Assembly (NCBI GenBank): GCA_000165425.1
Contig: CT868023.1
Location: forward strand, 124,001 to 188,000
DNA: 64,000 bases
Direction: 5' to 3'
Source of the DNA: Paramecium tetraurelia
Taxonomy: Eukaryota
Position 1 is the first letter of the stretch. Each line of letters opens with the position of its first letter. Position numbers and translations under genes: made by a program. Below are positions 26,998 to 40,055 of the stretch, in pieces. The notes beneath the pieces were generated by a model. The model searched no databases, was not told the origin of the DNA, and worked only from the letters and a program-made list of their open reading frames with translations.

Positions 26998-27273
26998 ATG
27001 GTATGCGATAAATGTCAAGAGAAACTGACAAAATTGGCCACTCCAGATGTTTGGGACAAAGACAATAAAAACAAAAAGCCTGGAATGATACTTCCATCAT
27101 TCAATAAGAACAAGTTTGATCCGATGGGATAGAATAAATGTTAGAAATGTAAAAAAAGATAGGTTCAAAAAAATGAGAAATTCTGTCAAGAATGTGCTTA
27201 CAAGGATGGCATTTGCAAGATGTGTGGAGTGAAAGTCTTAGAGACTAAATTTTATAGATAATCAAATGTTTGA
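26998..27273 (+). CDS. CRIPT: CRIPT (cysteine-rich PDZ-binding protein) homolog
   Basis: MVCDKCQEKLTKLATPDVW...KFDPMGQNKCQKCK...FCQECAYKDGICKMCGVKVLETKFYRQSNV*. It has four CxxC pairs and a C-terminus colinear with animal CRIPT; it is intronless. Confidence 0.93.
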
Positions 27274-27285
27274 ATATTGGAATCA

Positions 27286-28922
27286 TCATTCCATGAAGTA
27301 TTTTTAATCTTCCAATTCCTCATTATTGACACTCTCCTCCTACTAGACTATAACTCTATCAAATGGTTTAGATCTAAACATAGGCTGTCTTCCAGTTTTC
27401 TTCTTACTGGGTTACATAATCTTTTCTTGATTCGCTTTGATTCTCCTCTCCTCCTCCTGCTTTAACTTTAAGTTATTTGAATCCCTCTATTTAACCTTCC
27501 AATCTCTTTCACATTCTTATCTCTACATTTATTATACAAATTCTTACAAAGTTTTCAACTCTATCTGGTCTAAAGGAACGAATCTGCTTCAATTGTCTCT
27601 CCAAATGCAATTCAATCTGAACCAAGATATCCAAAGTCTCTTTGTTTTATAAATCATGAACTCCCTATATTTCATTAGGAAAGTTTTCGCAAACTTCAAT
27701 TATTTATTTTCTGAGTTCTTTATGATCTTTTTTAGCATTCTTCTCTGTTCCTTTTAATTACAATGTCTTAATTTGTTAACACACATTCTATATATATAGA
27801 TTATAGCATTTACTTCGTAATTCTTTTTCAATTGCTCCTTGTTCTATTGTAATGTAAATACTTTGTCATCAAGGGACTTTTTTATTTTATTAAATTTAGT
27901 TTTCAATTCTTCTAAGTTTTACTCAGCATCTTGAGTAGTTTAAATTAAAAATAAGTTCCTTTCTTCCAAGTCATTAAATATCTCCACCAATTATGATGGT
28001 TATTTAAAATACATTTCATATTCATCTTCGAATTCCTCCAATTCATCTCTAATAAATATCAATTTGTATTTTATTACAGCTTTTTGTTATCTACCATCTA
28101 TTAAAATTGTTTATCTGTTAGTCCCTTGATTTTAATTAATTCCTCCTTCAATCTATTCACTAATTGTTAACGTTTCTTCTCCTTTGCATCATGCCACTCT
28201 TTTGGAGCTAACTTATCCAAAAATTTCTTATGATCCATATAATTATTAACAGCTTCCTCATTCCTCGTTTTCTCTGCTCTTAAACTTGTTATCTTAATAT
28301 TAATAGATTTGATCTCAGATTCCTTTGCCTTCTTCTCCTTCACCTCCTAATCTGCTTTCTATTCTGCATCTAATTTTTGTTATTTATTTGTATCCAAGTA
28401 CTTTTAGAAATTCTCATTATCAGTTTCCAACATTTTCAAACTCTATTCCAACGCCTCCTTCTTCTCCTTCGACATCAACTTTAACTTGCCGATCTCCTCT
28501 TCAATTATTCCGTGAGCCTTTGATACTAAAAACATTTCCTTCTTCTATTCCAAGAGTGTCACAATGGGTTCCTTCGACACTCCCTTGGCTCTTTGTTTCT
28601 TTCTTTCTTAGATGATTTACAATGCCTCATTTATTACTTTCTTATCTTTATCATTATAAGCAGTTTTCGATTTAAATTTGTCATCAATTTAAGTTTCATA
28701 TGACTAAAAGTAATGTAACATCTATACTTTGAAATGCTTTAACTAAGTTCTATTCGTAGCAGTTTTCTTATCCCATATATGCATTTCCCCATGGTTTTAA
28801 GCTTCCTACTTTTTGCGATCCTATTCTCTAAACAAAAACACTTCTTCGTCAGACGGATAACGAAATGGACTTTGTATGTCACTTTTATTCACCTTATGAA
28901 TCTAAGGCAATTTCTCTGACAT
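27286..28922 (-). CDS. CFAP100: CFAP100/CCDC37-38 family ciliary coiled-coil protein (DUF4200)
   Basis: SPFRYPSDEEVFLFRE, HIWDKKT, EMFLV, KKFLDKLAPKEW and MYFKQPSQLVEIFNDLEERNLFLIQ; ends KYFME*. Confidence 0.82.
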
Positions 28923-29097
28923 TTAATATTATATTATTGATTTTATTCATTTGAATCTAATAAATTATCAGCATAAACATTTTACATATATATATATACA
29001 AATAATTTCCATATGAACAAATACCAAAAAATACTCTAAAACATGTCATTGATGGCACTGTACCTACAACCTCCCTAAACAATCAAATACTATATAG

Positions 29098-30760
29098 ATG
29101 AAAAATTAAAAGGTAAACTCGCTCTAAGAAATAGAGTTGAACTCTGGATTCATTTCAGGTAACGAAACAGAAGAATTGAAAGACTTTTAAAAAAGATTGG
29201 TATATTTTTGGACCCAGCATCATCAAAATACAGAGCAAAACTAATCCAATTAGAGTCACAATTTAATCAAAAAATGGGATCTAAATTTTGAGACAATCTA
29301 GGAATTTTCAGCCTTCAAATCGTAATTTGAGCTTGAATTAATGCATTTAAAGAACTATTAGCAAGAATAAACACTAAGAGAAGTTACCTAAAAGAATTTT
29401 ATTGAAGTTGTTTATGAGAATAAAAAGTTATATAAGCAATTAGAATAACTGGCTAGCTCAAATAAGCTCTTAGAAGTAGATAAAAAAATGCTAGAGTAAG
29501 AAATCAGCAAACTCAAAAGTGAAATCTAGGATCTAAAAAATTAGATCAATACTAACACACTCTTTTATAAGGAGAGCCAAGACTTGAAGTAGGCTAAAGT
29601 AGAGATAGTTAAATTGTAATAAGACAATTAAGTCCTATAGAATTAAATTCATAAATTGTATGACGTAAATTATTTCGATTACAATTAGGAAATAGAACTT
29701 GATAAACAGCATCTCCTCTAAAATTAAGTTAGGCTATTAGAACAACAGATGAAGTCTTAAGCTGAATAGTTGGTTTCAGCAAATGCAGAAATTAAATAAT
29801 ATACAAATGAAATTTAACAATTGAAAGTAAAGAATGCAAAGATTATCAACTTTAATTTTGAATCCTTAGGAATAAGGAGCATTCCTATATTCACTGGGGT
29901 GCAGTCCTATCTATATGTTACAATGTATTTATTGGAATTAATCACTCCTTTGAGTCAGATTCTAAAGATTAATGAAAAGGTATGTGTATTGATATCTCAA
30001 TTTATAAATTACATCAGAAAAGAAAATGACTAGATTTAATCTTCAACAGCCACTTAATTATAGGATTTGATCAAGATTTAAAATTAGAATGATAACAAGG
30101 TTAATGATTTTTTATTTTCAATAATCGATTATTTAACGAAAGTAGTAATTAAAAATGAAAAGGAAAAATCATAAATTGCATAGATTATTCAGACTGATGA
30201 CTCTCCAATTTTTGATATGTTTTTCTTCTTATAAAGATTATTTCCAATTAATATAGAAAGTAAGCATTAATAAAATATTTAGTTTTGCCAAATGAAGTTC
30301 CACTAATTAATAGTATCAAGTATATTAGATATTTCGATACAATCATTACACCATAAGGAGAGTTTTCAAAGTATCTGAATGATTTGATTAAATTGGAGGG
30401 TCAGGAAAATAAGATCGATGATTAAGCATCAGATTTCAATTTTATCATATTCCCTTAAATTTTGATTTTCAACACTTCTGAACTATCACTATAATAAGCA
30501 GACATTAAGATTTCTTTGATTTTACCCATTAGGTCTTTGAATCCTGAATAAGATGATAGTCAATATTAATTGATTAGTATGATACATTGGATTTAGGAGG
30601 GTAATTAAGTAAATTATTGGATTACTCTATGCAAAAATAAGAGTTGGATTTAAATCAAATAGGAAAACGCTTAGATAGTTGATATTAATTCAATATTAAC
30701 ATTCTAATCCCCTCATAATGACAAGGAATTACTAATCTATGAGAGGGTAAAAATTTGAGA
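29098..30760 (+). CDS. Hypothetical coiled-coil protein
   Basis: A continuous frame from ATG 29098 runs through ORF 29821-30033 with E/Q/K/L heptads. The 3' exons are approximate. Confidence 0.6.
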
Positions 30761-30809
30761 TTAAATTATATACAATGAGATCTATTTAATCAATATATCA
30801 TAAAAATAA

Positions 30810-32493
30810 TCAAAAGTCTGATAGTATTTTATTATAATGTGTATTGAAACTATTTATTTTCCAATTGTTGGATTCGACCTCATATTTTCCAACTCCAGGG
30901 GTGAATTATTTTTTGAGATATGCGAGACGAGGCTATTAAGATTTGAAAGGAGCAGTTATTTATTTAAATGATCCAGATGGGCATTATGTTTGTTCGGTAA
31001 AGGACATGCTTTAGATCATTTCCTTATTTTCTTTAAACCTAGGTTAAGCGCAATCGAATCCTGGCTTCTAAACATCTATTTTTTATAGATTTTTTAAGAA
31101 TTTTAACTACTTTTGCACTCTATATCCAATAGTTTATTGATCCAATCTATATTAGCCAATCTCAGGACCAGAGCTCCTATTTACAGAATCTCGCTTAGAA
31201 GAGGATTTAAAGCAAGAACTAACAGCTCTATTTTTCTCCCCTTTGGTAATATCATAACTTCCTGGTCCAGCCTTACTAAGGGGAGGTTTATCATAAAATC
31301 TTTTCTCTTTACCACCAAATTATCCATTAACCCCTCTGTCTTACTTTCGAATTAAATCTGTATAAAGATCATTTTGTAGGTAATATGCTCCTGGCCCAGG
31401 CATTTATTCATCAGAAGCTACTAGATCTCCTTTTCCCGTCGAACTCAGAAATGTGGCATTAGTATAATTTTTCTTTTTCAATTATTTATCAAATGAAGAG
31501 TTTTCAATTTTGTAATCTCCTGGGCCAACAGAAGATTCCTTTACCTCTCTAAATCGTTCTAAGGAAGAACCGAAAAACTAGAATTCTTAGGCTTTTTTTT
31601 GAATTTTGATTGATACTCTGCAATCATTATATTAACCAGGTCCTGGAGAGTATTAATCTTTGTAGTTAATTTATTTCATCAAACCAGCATTAATTTCTCT
31701 ATTGGTTTTGTAAATCAATTTGTCATAATAGGATCTAACAGATTCAGATAGAAAAGCAGGAGATTTATTTTTCTTCTTTTTTTCCTCAGCAATATTATAT
31801 TTGCCAGGTCCTAGATCTGTAGATTGTTCTTATTAAAATCGAGGATTAGAGCATTTGTTCCAAGAAATTCCTTTGGCCTACTTAGTCTATTGAATGTCAT
31901 AAGTGATTGGGCCGACATCTTTGATCTTCTTTTACTCCTAAAGTATTTTTTGATGTTAAGCCAAAGTTTCAATATCTTCATAAACCATCCCAATTTATGT
32001 TTTTGGTTCAGGTATTGAATTGATACGTCTTCTGTGATTTTAATATCTAATTTCGTCTAGGTGTTGATTTTGAAACAAATAAGCTTATTTGTTTTGTGAT
32101 TTATCTTTGAATGTATCATAATGACCTGGACCAGGGATCTGGCTTAGTTTTATAAAATACATCTTTGACTTTTTTGTTCTCTTAAAATCTCTCAATTCCA
32201 CATTTGAAGGAACTACTTCCGTTACCTTAAACTTTGACTATGACGGTGCTTTTATTCAAGTATGCTTGTACTCCTGAATCACCCATGTTGTGTTAAACTT
32301 CATATTAACCTGGACCAGGAAATAACGCTTTCTATTTGTTTGCTATCTCTACTTATCTCTTTCCAGTGGTGAGAAAAGGAGCATAAGAATTTTTGGTCTG
32401 CTGATCTGGAATTTGATACACTCCAGGACCTAAATGTGGATAGGGGTCTTTTGTTTATGTCAATCCTCTATCTTCTTCAGATAAAAAGGCCAT
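30810..32493 (-). CDS. Sperm-tail PG-rich repeat (STPG/SHIPPO) axonemal protein
   Basis: Repeated motifs LGPGVY, PGPGQY, PGPGHY, LGPGKY, VGPGDY and PGVGKY, interspersed with F-x-x-x-x-x-R elements. Confidence 0.85.
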
Positions 32494-33284
32494 TAGTATA
32501 CTAATAAATTTTTATAATTCAGTTGAAAGATTATTATCATATTTCAAGAATGTGAAATTGAATGGGATGTTAGAATCCTCAAGTTTAATCTCTTTGCATA
32601 ATGGTATTCAATGTAATTTTGCTTAACCTGCAGTGGGTAGTTTTCGTTGAAGGTAATGATCTACAAAACAAGAAAATAATATTAATATATGCATTGTAAT
32701 TAAAGAATACAAATATTATTATTCTGTCCCATCCTCGAAGCATAGCAATTACAAAAAATGCGTATATATATTTTTGAAATTAAACAAAATAATTATAAAC
32801 AAGCAATTCCACATTTTGATCATTCTTTATGTTAAACATTTTGAATTGATTTTAAAATGATATAGTCTATATAAAAAAGACATATATAAATTAAAAATGC
32901 TCCTTCTTTACTATCAAAACGTAACTAAAGACGCTTGAATCAGCGTATGATATACTGGAGTCGGAAAGTAATAAATTTAGGAAGATAAATTTTAAAATTA
33001 ATGGGTTCCATATTTTAACAAATATATAGTATTGAAGTGGCAGGTTGCATAAATATATGTAGAAACTTTGTTGAGACTATGAGGACTCAAAGTATAATTG
33101 GTGAAGGAATGGGAAGGAGAAAGAATATTGAAATATAAGAATTGCAGATAGGAAAGACAGGGTGAAATTTTATTATTTGAGATTGGATAAGATTTATAAT
33201 AGTTTAAAAGATTGATTTATGGATTTCATTACTATTAATACGGATTATTTGGAGTGATTAGAGATATTATTAAAAATAAAAAAA

Positions 33285-36200
33285 ATGAGAACAAAGATTT
33301 TGCTCACAATTTTGTTCTTCAGCTAGCTCCTTACACTTGGCTCAGCTATAGACTACACAGTGAACCCTGTAAATCCTGCATAAGGTGCAGCTACAACGGC
33401 TTAGGCTTAACCAGCTAAAACAGGAGTATGCAACAATGGTATGCATTATGATGATTATTCATTTTAGGATTTGGATGGAATGGCTAAGTATGTGTGCCAT
33501 GTATGTAAGTGAAAAATGGATATTGCACGTGCACAACATATGGCGGCTGCGATACAAAAGTATGTGATTCTAACATAATAAATTGCTAAGTATTGACGAA
33601 TGGATAAAACTCGTATGCATTATGTTCTTATTCATAGATACATATTATTGAGAGCAACAGGATGTAATAATTATGCTTGGGGTGATTCAAATACATCCGT
33701 AATTTGTACATAATGTGCAGCTGGCTATTTCATGGTTGGTATGATATTAAATGAATATTCAAAGCTGGAATATGTGTTAAATCAAACGAATGTGCTTAGA
33801 TGAATTTAGTAACAGGTACTTGTGATACTTGTGTGGATGGATTTTATTTCACTCAAAATTTCCAGTTGTAAACATTGTAATCATGGGACTATTACGAAAA
33901 CATCAATTAAGTGATTTGCAACAAATGTCTCGATAATTGTAAGATATGTACATCAGGGTATCAATATAATTTTATATTTAACATAGTTTTACTTGTGTTC
34001 AATGTAATGATTAATACTATTGGAGTCCCACATAATCAAAGTCTGCATTGTCTAGTAATCAGAATGATGCTAATGCTGGATCATGTATGGCTTGTAGTGC
34101 AAATATACCTTCTTGTATTAAATGTTAGAATTCAACAACATGTGACAAGTGTTTAGATGGATATTATTACACTGCCCCATCAGATTAATCAACTAAAGGA
34201 ACTTGTACTAAATGTATGACCGGTTGTTTGTCTTGTTAAAATTCAGACACTTGTGATACTTGTGACACTGTCAGTAACTACATTTATTTACAAACAAATA
34301 ACTAAAATGTAATTTATATTATCATTATATTTAGTCATGTACTCTATGTACTAGCATCACAGGATGTTAAACATGCTCAACTTAAGGTGGTCAATTGACA
34401 TGTACTGCCTGTTCAACTGGTTATGTGTTTGACGCAAATAATGTTTGCTAAAAATGTGATGTTAATTGTGCTTCCAATTCTTGTTCTTATAATAACCAAG
34501 TCTAATGTAGCAATTGTGTCTAATACTTTGTATTGAAATCAAACACAAGCTGTGTTGCATGTCCAAATGGCTGTTAATCATGTTCATACAGTGATTAAGC
34601 TCAAACATAAATAACTTGTGGATAATGCTTTGATACTTACTATAAAGATGATAACGGTGCATGTTAACTATGTTCCTCATCAATAACCAGTTGTTAAAAG
34701 TGTAGTTACAATAGTTAAAATACTCCAAGTGTAACTTGCACATCATGTGCAACAAATACTAAACTTACTACCGATTCATTAAAGTGTTTGCCATCTCCAC
34801 CTAATTGTCTTGATTATAGTGTGACAACTTCAACAAATACATAAACTTGTAATACATGTTAAGATACTTATTACTTGAATAGTGGTGCATGTTCAGCTTG
34901 TTCTTCAGCTGATGCAAGCTACTTAAGATGTTCAAAGAGCGGCACCGACCCAGTTAAAGTAATTTAATGCTAGGATGGATATTTCTATTTAAATGATACT
35001 ACTTGCGTATTAGCCAAAACATAGAACACTTAAGCAACTAATCTCACATTATAAACTTGTCTAACAATTGCTACTGGTAATTAATGTGCAACTTGTATGC
35101 CAGCCGCCTTGGGAACAAATCCTCCTTAAGGTGGAGTATGTTCTTATTGCAACTGTAGTTCAAATAAGGCTGATTGTACAGCAACAGTGACTGGAGCTAA
35201 TTCTAGTGTCACATGTTAACCTAATCCAACTTGTCTACCAGGCTTTTACCTTGATGGATAATCTTGTCTTCCATGTATTTAAGTTGCAGGTAATATTACA
35301 GGATCTGAAACCTGTTGTGGTCTTGGATTGATTTTTACAGGTGGAACTCCTAATAGCTGTGTTGCATAACCTGGAGCAACTGGAAAGTAATAAACATTGG
35401 CATCAAATGCAAGTGGTTAAACTTGTGATATTGGATATTATTATAACACTAACAGTAAATTTTGTGAGACTTGCATAAGTAATTGCGATAGTTGTGCTGA
35501 TGCTACCACTTGCAAAACATGTTCTCTCAACTATACATTACTCAAAACTACCAGTGATGTAAAATGTGTGTTGATCAAGTGTCTTGTAGTTGATTCTACT
35601 AAAGGATGCACTTCTTGTTAATATGGATTCTATTTATCAACCATCAATGGCATTGGATATTGCTTATAATGCTTATCTCCATTAACTAATGTAATATCTA
35701 CAATTTATTTTCTATTAGTCTATTTGCAGAGCCTATTCCAATTAAGCTCCTAATGTGACTGTTTAACCTGCCGCTCCAGTAGCAGTTTCATCCAGTCCAT
35801 CCTATGTTTGTGCCAATGGTTATTATTGGAATAGTTAATACTGTTCTCCATGCAAGGCAGTGCCAACCACTGGTAAAAATACTTCTCCAAAATGGATATT
35901 GCATATGCTCAACATACATGGACTGCACATCCATAGTTTGCAATTCAGGATATGCTTTAGTTTAAAAGTATAAGACATTATTTATTCATTAGTACATGCC
36001 AAGAAATTCCCAAGGGATGTTCTACATATGTAATTAGTAATGACGGTACTACTTTAATTTGTACTGCATGCACTACCTCATATTCACTTGTTTCAAATGT
36101 TTGTTTACCAAGTCAAAATTGCCAACAATTCAGTACTACTACTGGTAATTGTTCTTAATGTGCCCCTGGATACTACTTGAATTGGTAGTTTAACTCCTTT

Positions 36201-37749
36201 GTTTCTTAAGTCTCAACAGATGCAATTCCATATTTCAATAATTTCCCCTCTTAATGTTCAGCTTGTACTATATCCAATTGTCTTACTTGTACTGGTCCTA
36301 CAGTTTGTACTACTTGTCAACCAGGATACTTCTGGCAAACATCATAATATCTTTAATAACCATCAAATGGATCATAAGGAAGTTGCCAACCATGCATGCA
36401 AGGATGTTCAACCTGTTCAAACAATCAATCATGCTAAACCTGTTTCTCTGGATATTATATGGTCTTCCCATATTCAGGAATCAACTATTGTTAACTTTGT
36501 TCAACTGTTGCTGCAATATCAAATTGTTTGACTTGTGATACTTCCTAAACTGCTCCACATGCCTAATCTTTAGTCCCAACTTGCAGATCATGCCCATCTG
36601 GATATTACTTATATAGTGGAAAATGTGTCGTATGTTCTGGTGGATGTTTAGCCTGTGATGCTGATAACAGTTGCACATAATGTGTCTCCTAAGGATATGC
36701 TTTCGATTAAACTAATAAGAAATGTGTTGCTTGTCCTTCTGGATGTTCTTCATGCTCCTATAGTGGAACCCAATTAACTTGTTCAGCCTGTATTGATCAG
36801 TATTATCGTAACACTACCAATAACATTACAATCTGTTCATAGTGTAGTTCAATAGCTGGTAAGAACTATTTAAGATGTGTTTCATCAACAAGTCCAACTC
36901 AATGCTAAGATAACTATTATTTGAATGGATCAAGTTGTGTGGCTTAATCCAACAACAAATGCTTAACCTATGATGGTGCTTCAGGTTGTACATCTTGTAT
37001 CACTGGATACATTATCGTTGGTAATTAATGTCAATTATGTACATCAACAAATGCTCAATGTGTAAAATGTCAAGTCATCGCTAACACTGGATCAAGTTAA
37101 TCTGCTTCCCTTTAATGTGCTGCCTGCACAACTGGATATTATTTGACCACATCTTTTGGATGCACAGCCTGTCCAAATGTCAAAGGATGTGAAGCTTGTA
37201 ATTCTGCTGGATGTTAAACCTGTTCCGCTGGTTACTATCCAACTGCAGTTACTACTGATTCCAATAATTCCACCGGTACAACAACCTCCAATAACACTGT
37301 CACTTGTAACAATTGTGTCAGCAACTGTTCTATTTGTTAATAAGCTAATGTAATACAATTTACTTATTCTTAGTCTTGTACCAAATGTGCTGATGGTTAC
37401 TTCCTTGTTACTACCACTTCCTCTGGAACTACATCAGTGACTACCAGCAGTTGCTTTGCATGTCAACCAGAATGTCAAACTTGTGTCGCTCCAGGCACTA
37501 CTTGCACATCTTGCATAGCTGGCTATGTGTTCTAGAATGGAGGTTGCGTCACCTTAGCATAAGCTAATTGTTACTCCGTTGGAACCAATGGTTGTGGTAT
37601 TTGTAAATATGGCTACTATTTAAATAATGGAGTTTGTTACTAATGTCTCAACCCATAAGCAGATGTATTAATTGTTTTCATTATTTTAGTTTCTATGTAC
37701 AAATCCAGTAGACAACCTTTTAACATCTGCAACAGCACAATAGTAATGA
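33285..37749 (+). CDS. Large secreted/surface Cys-rich protein (furin-like CxxC...CxxGYY repeats); apparent +1 frameshift near 35890
   Basis: Signal peptide MRTKILLTILFFSQLLTLGSA, dozens of CxxC and CxxGYY/F units, and about nine short introns. Confidence 0.85.
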
Positions 37750-37811
37750 AAAATTAAAATCATATTCAAAATAATTATATTTTATTTCCAATATAGATAT
37801 AGATATATATC

Positions 37812-38065
37812 TCATGATCTCTCCTCGAAGATCACACGTGAAGGCTTTGGATTCTATATCCAATTATGTCTGTATAAAGTCATTCTCTAATGTCCTGCGA
37901 TTTAACTAAAATTCCATCTAATCATTACCTCTCTGCAGCAATATACCAAATGGCTGAAACAGCCAAAATATTCAACTTTCCTATTCTATTTGTCCAATAC
38001 CATCCTCTTTGTGCGTAGTAAACCACTGCGCTGTTCTAAAATCGTGCAATTAAACTTGAATTCAT
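37812..38065 (-). CDS. Small single-TM protein (~76 aa), possibly mitochondrial inner membrane
   Basis: MNSSLIARFQNSAVVYYAQRGWYWTNRIGKLNILAVSAIWYIAAESQIAGHQRMTLYRHNWIQNPKPSRVIFEERS*, with one 23-nt intron. Confidence 0.7.
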
Positions 38066-38655
38066 TATAATTTTATATTAATAATAATAATATTTATTTA
38101 TTTATCTATTCTCTACATTTTGATCCATTTAATGTTCAATTATCAAAATTTTATTTTCAATAATTTTGCATCATTTAATAAGACATACATCATCGAAATT
38201 TCATTTTATTTTGTACTCTTTAATTAATAAAATTCTTACTTATTTCATTTATTGATTTTAATTTAAACAGTGATAAATTTAATTTATAGAATCAATAATT
38301 TAATATGATGATTGACAAATTTACTAAGAAAAAATAAGTTTTGTGTTTAAGTTATAAATGGAATTAAATTTAAGTCTATCCTATTAATTGTAATTTGAGT
38401 ATAAAATAAGAATATTACAAATAAAGAAATCTAAAATATTTTAAAAATGCGAAATTTAAGAAACAAAATTTAGCGCCATTTTGTTAATATAATTAATTTA
38501 TCATTGAATTGGCATCGTGTTCAGTTCTGCAATAACAAAATATCATCTTAAATTCATATTTTGATATGGAGTTGCTGATTTCTCCAATTTATCAACATAA
38601 TTATAATTTTTACAATTTTTGATGAAAATCTTAGAGTTTTATCATCAATTTTTGA

Positions 38656-39523
38656 ATCTGATTATAATTTCCAGAATTAGACACCAATTAAATTTAAATA
38701 TATTTAAGAAGCTAAAGTCGGCTTATTTATGTGAGATAAAGATCATTTTCAAAATAGTTGATACTCCATAATCCAATTTCAATTTTCAGGTAGAATCAAC
38801 TATTACTTTAAAAAATATCACAAAATAATTCTAAATATGAACAGCAGCTTGCTCCTAATGTAATACAGAATGGAAGGGGAAATTACGAGCAACAAAACAT
38901 ATTTGAATAACCATCTTTCTCTAAATATAAACCAATATTAATATATACTGGTGTCCTTCTTAAAATAATAAAGGAGTTTACGAAGGCCTCTTGGTTTGAT
39001 GGTGCTTCCGTTCTTATCTATCGACAATATCAGTCGCCTGTAAACTATATCGCATAATCACTTAGACCTAACATTACTGATCAGAATAAGTTATTGAGAA
39101 TTTTATATATGAATAGAAATGACCTATTATGTGTAATTAAAGCAAAAGTGAACCAAAGTAAGGACCAAAAAGAAGTTTAAAATACATAATTATGGAAAAT
39201 ATTTGTGTATATTGGAAAAAATCATGAGGTTTTTCATTATTTAAATTTTTTGATGATCTTATTGGCCAAAGAGTGTTTGAATCTTAAAAGGTTGAGCCTA
39301 CTCATGGAATCAGACTTAAATTCAAAGACAAAAAGGTTTTAATTTTAAGTTCTATTCATAGGTTAGTTAATTAAGACAGTTCTTGGTTCTTCAATAATTT
39401 CATCATTCTCTTAGTTTTTATTTAAAATTTTTGTGTCTTATTGATCTGTTTTCATTAGCAAGTATAAATTTACAGAAAAAGTTTTCCTTAAATAAATTAT
39501 TAAAATAATTAATATCATGAATG
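38656..39523 (+). pseudogene. Possible decayed membrane-protein gene
   Basis: A ~260-codon TGA-free frame (38656-~39443). A different frame carries a hydrophobic segment (FFNNFIILLVFIQNFCVLLICF) before a TGA near 39521. No clean gene model could be built. Confidence 0.3.
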
Positions 39524-40055
39524 AGTTATTATCATAAACATATAAAAAATTTTAATCCTGCAAGTATATTAATTTTAATATTTTCTTCCATGTAGAAATA
39601 CATAAAATAATATATTTAGAAAAAGTGAAACTTATCTAAAGAATTAGATATTAAATTATTTTCTCTAAATTTGAATTACACAACCTCGGATTTTCGAAAA
39701 GCTGGCTTTAATATTATCTAAATAAATGTTTTTTCCATCTTAAAATGCCTTGTGACTTAAGAAAATTATTTCGAAAACGTAAGCAATAATATTCATGTCA
39801 TATTTCATTGAAAATTTAGAAATTTATCATACTATCACCCTTATTCACTTGAGTTTGTTAAAGGGTGATTATTGGGAGGCCTAAGAGTTCGACTTGATTA
39901 AGTATCAATTTTTCATAAGGTCTCAACCATGACTAAGCATTTAATTTAATTATTAATTTTTGTTGTATATAATTGATGATATTTGAGTTGATAATAATAA
40001 TATATATTTTTAGGAAATATGACTAGTTACAAAGCGAATATGAAATGATATGAAT

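Noticed and set aside
33285..37749. Classical Paramecium immobilisation antigen (A/G-type surface antigen)
   Set aside because: The repeats are furin-like CxxC units, the gene is intron-rich, and no GPI signal is evident.
39880..39900. GAGTTCGACT as a tRNA T-loop
   Set aside because: There is no 5-bp T stem, acceptor stem or anticodon arm.
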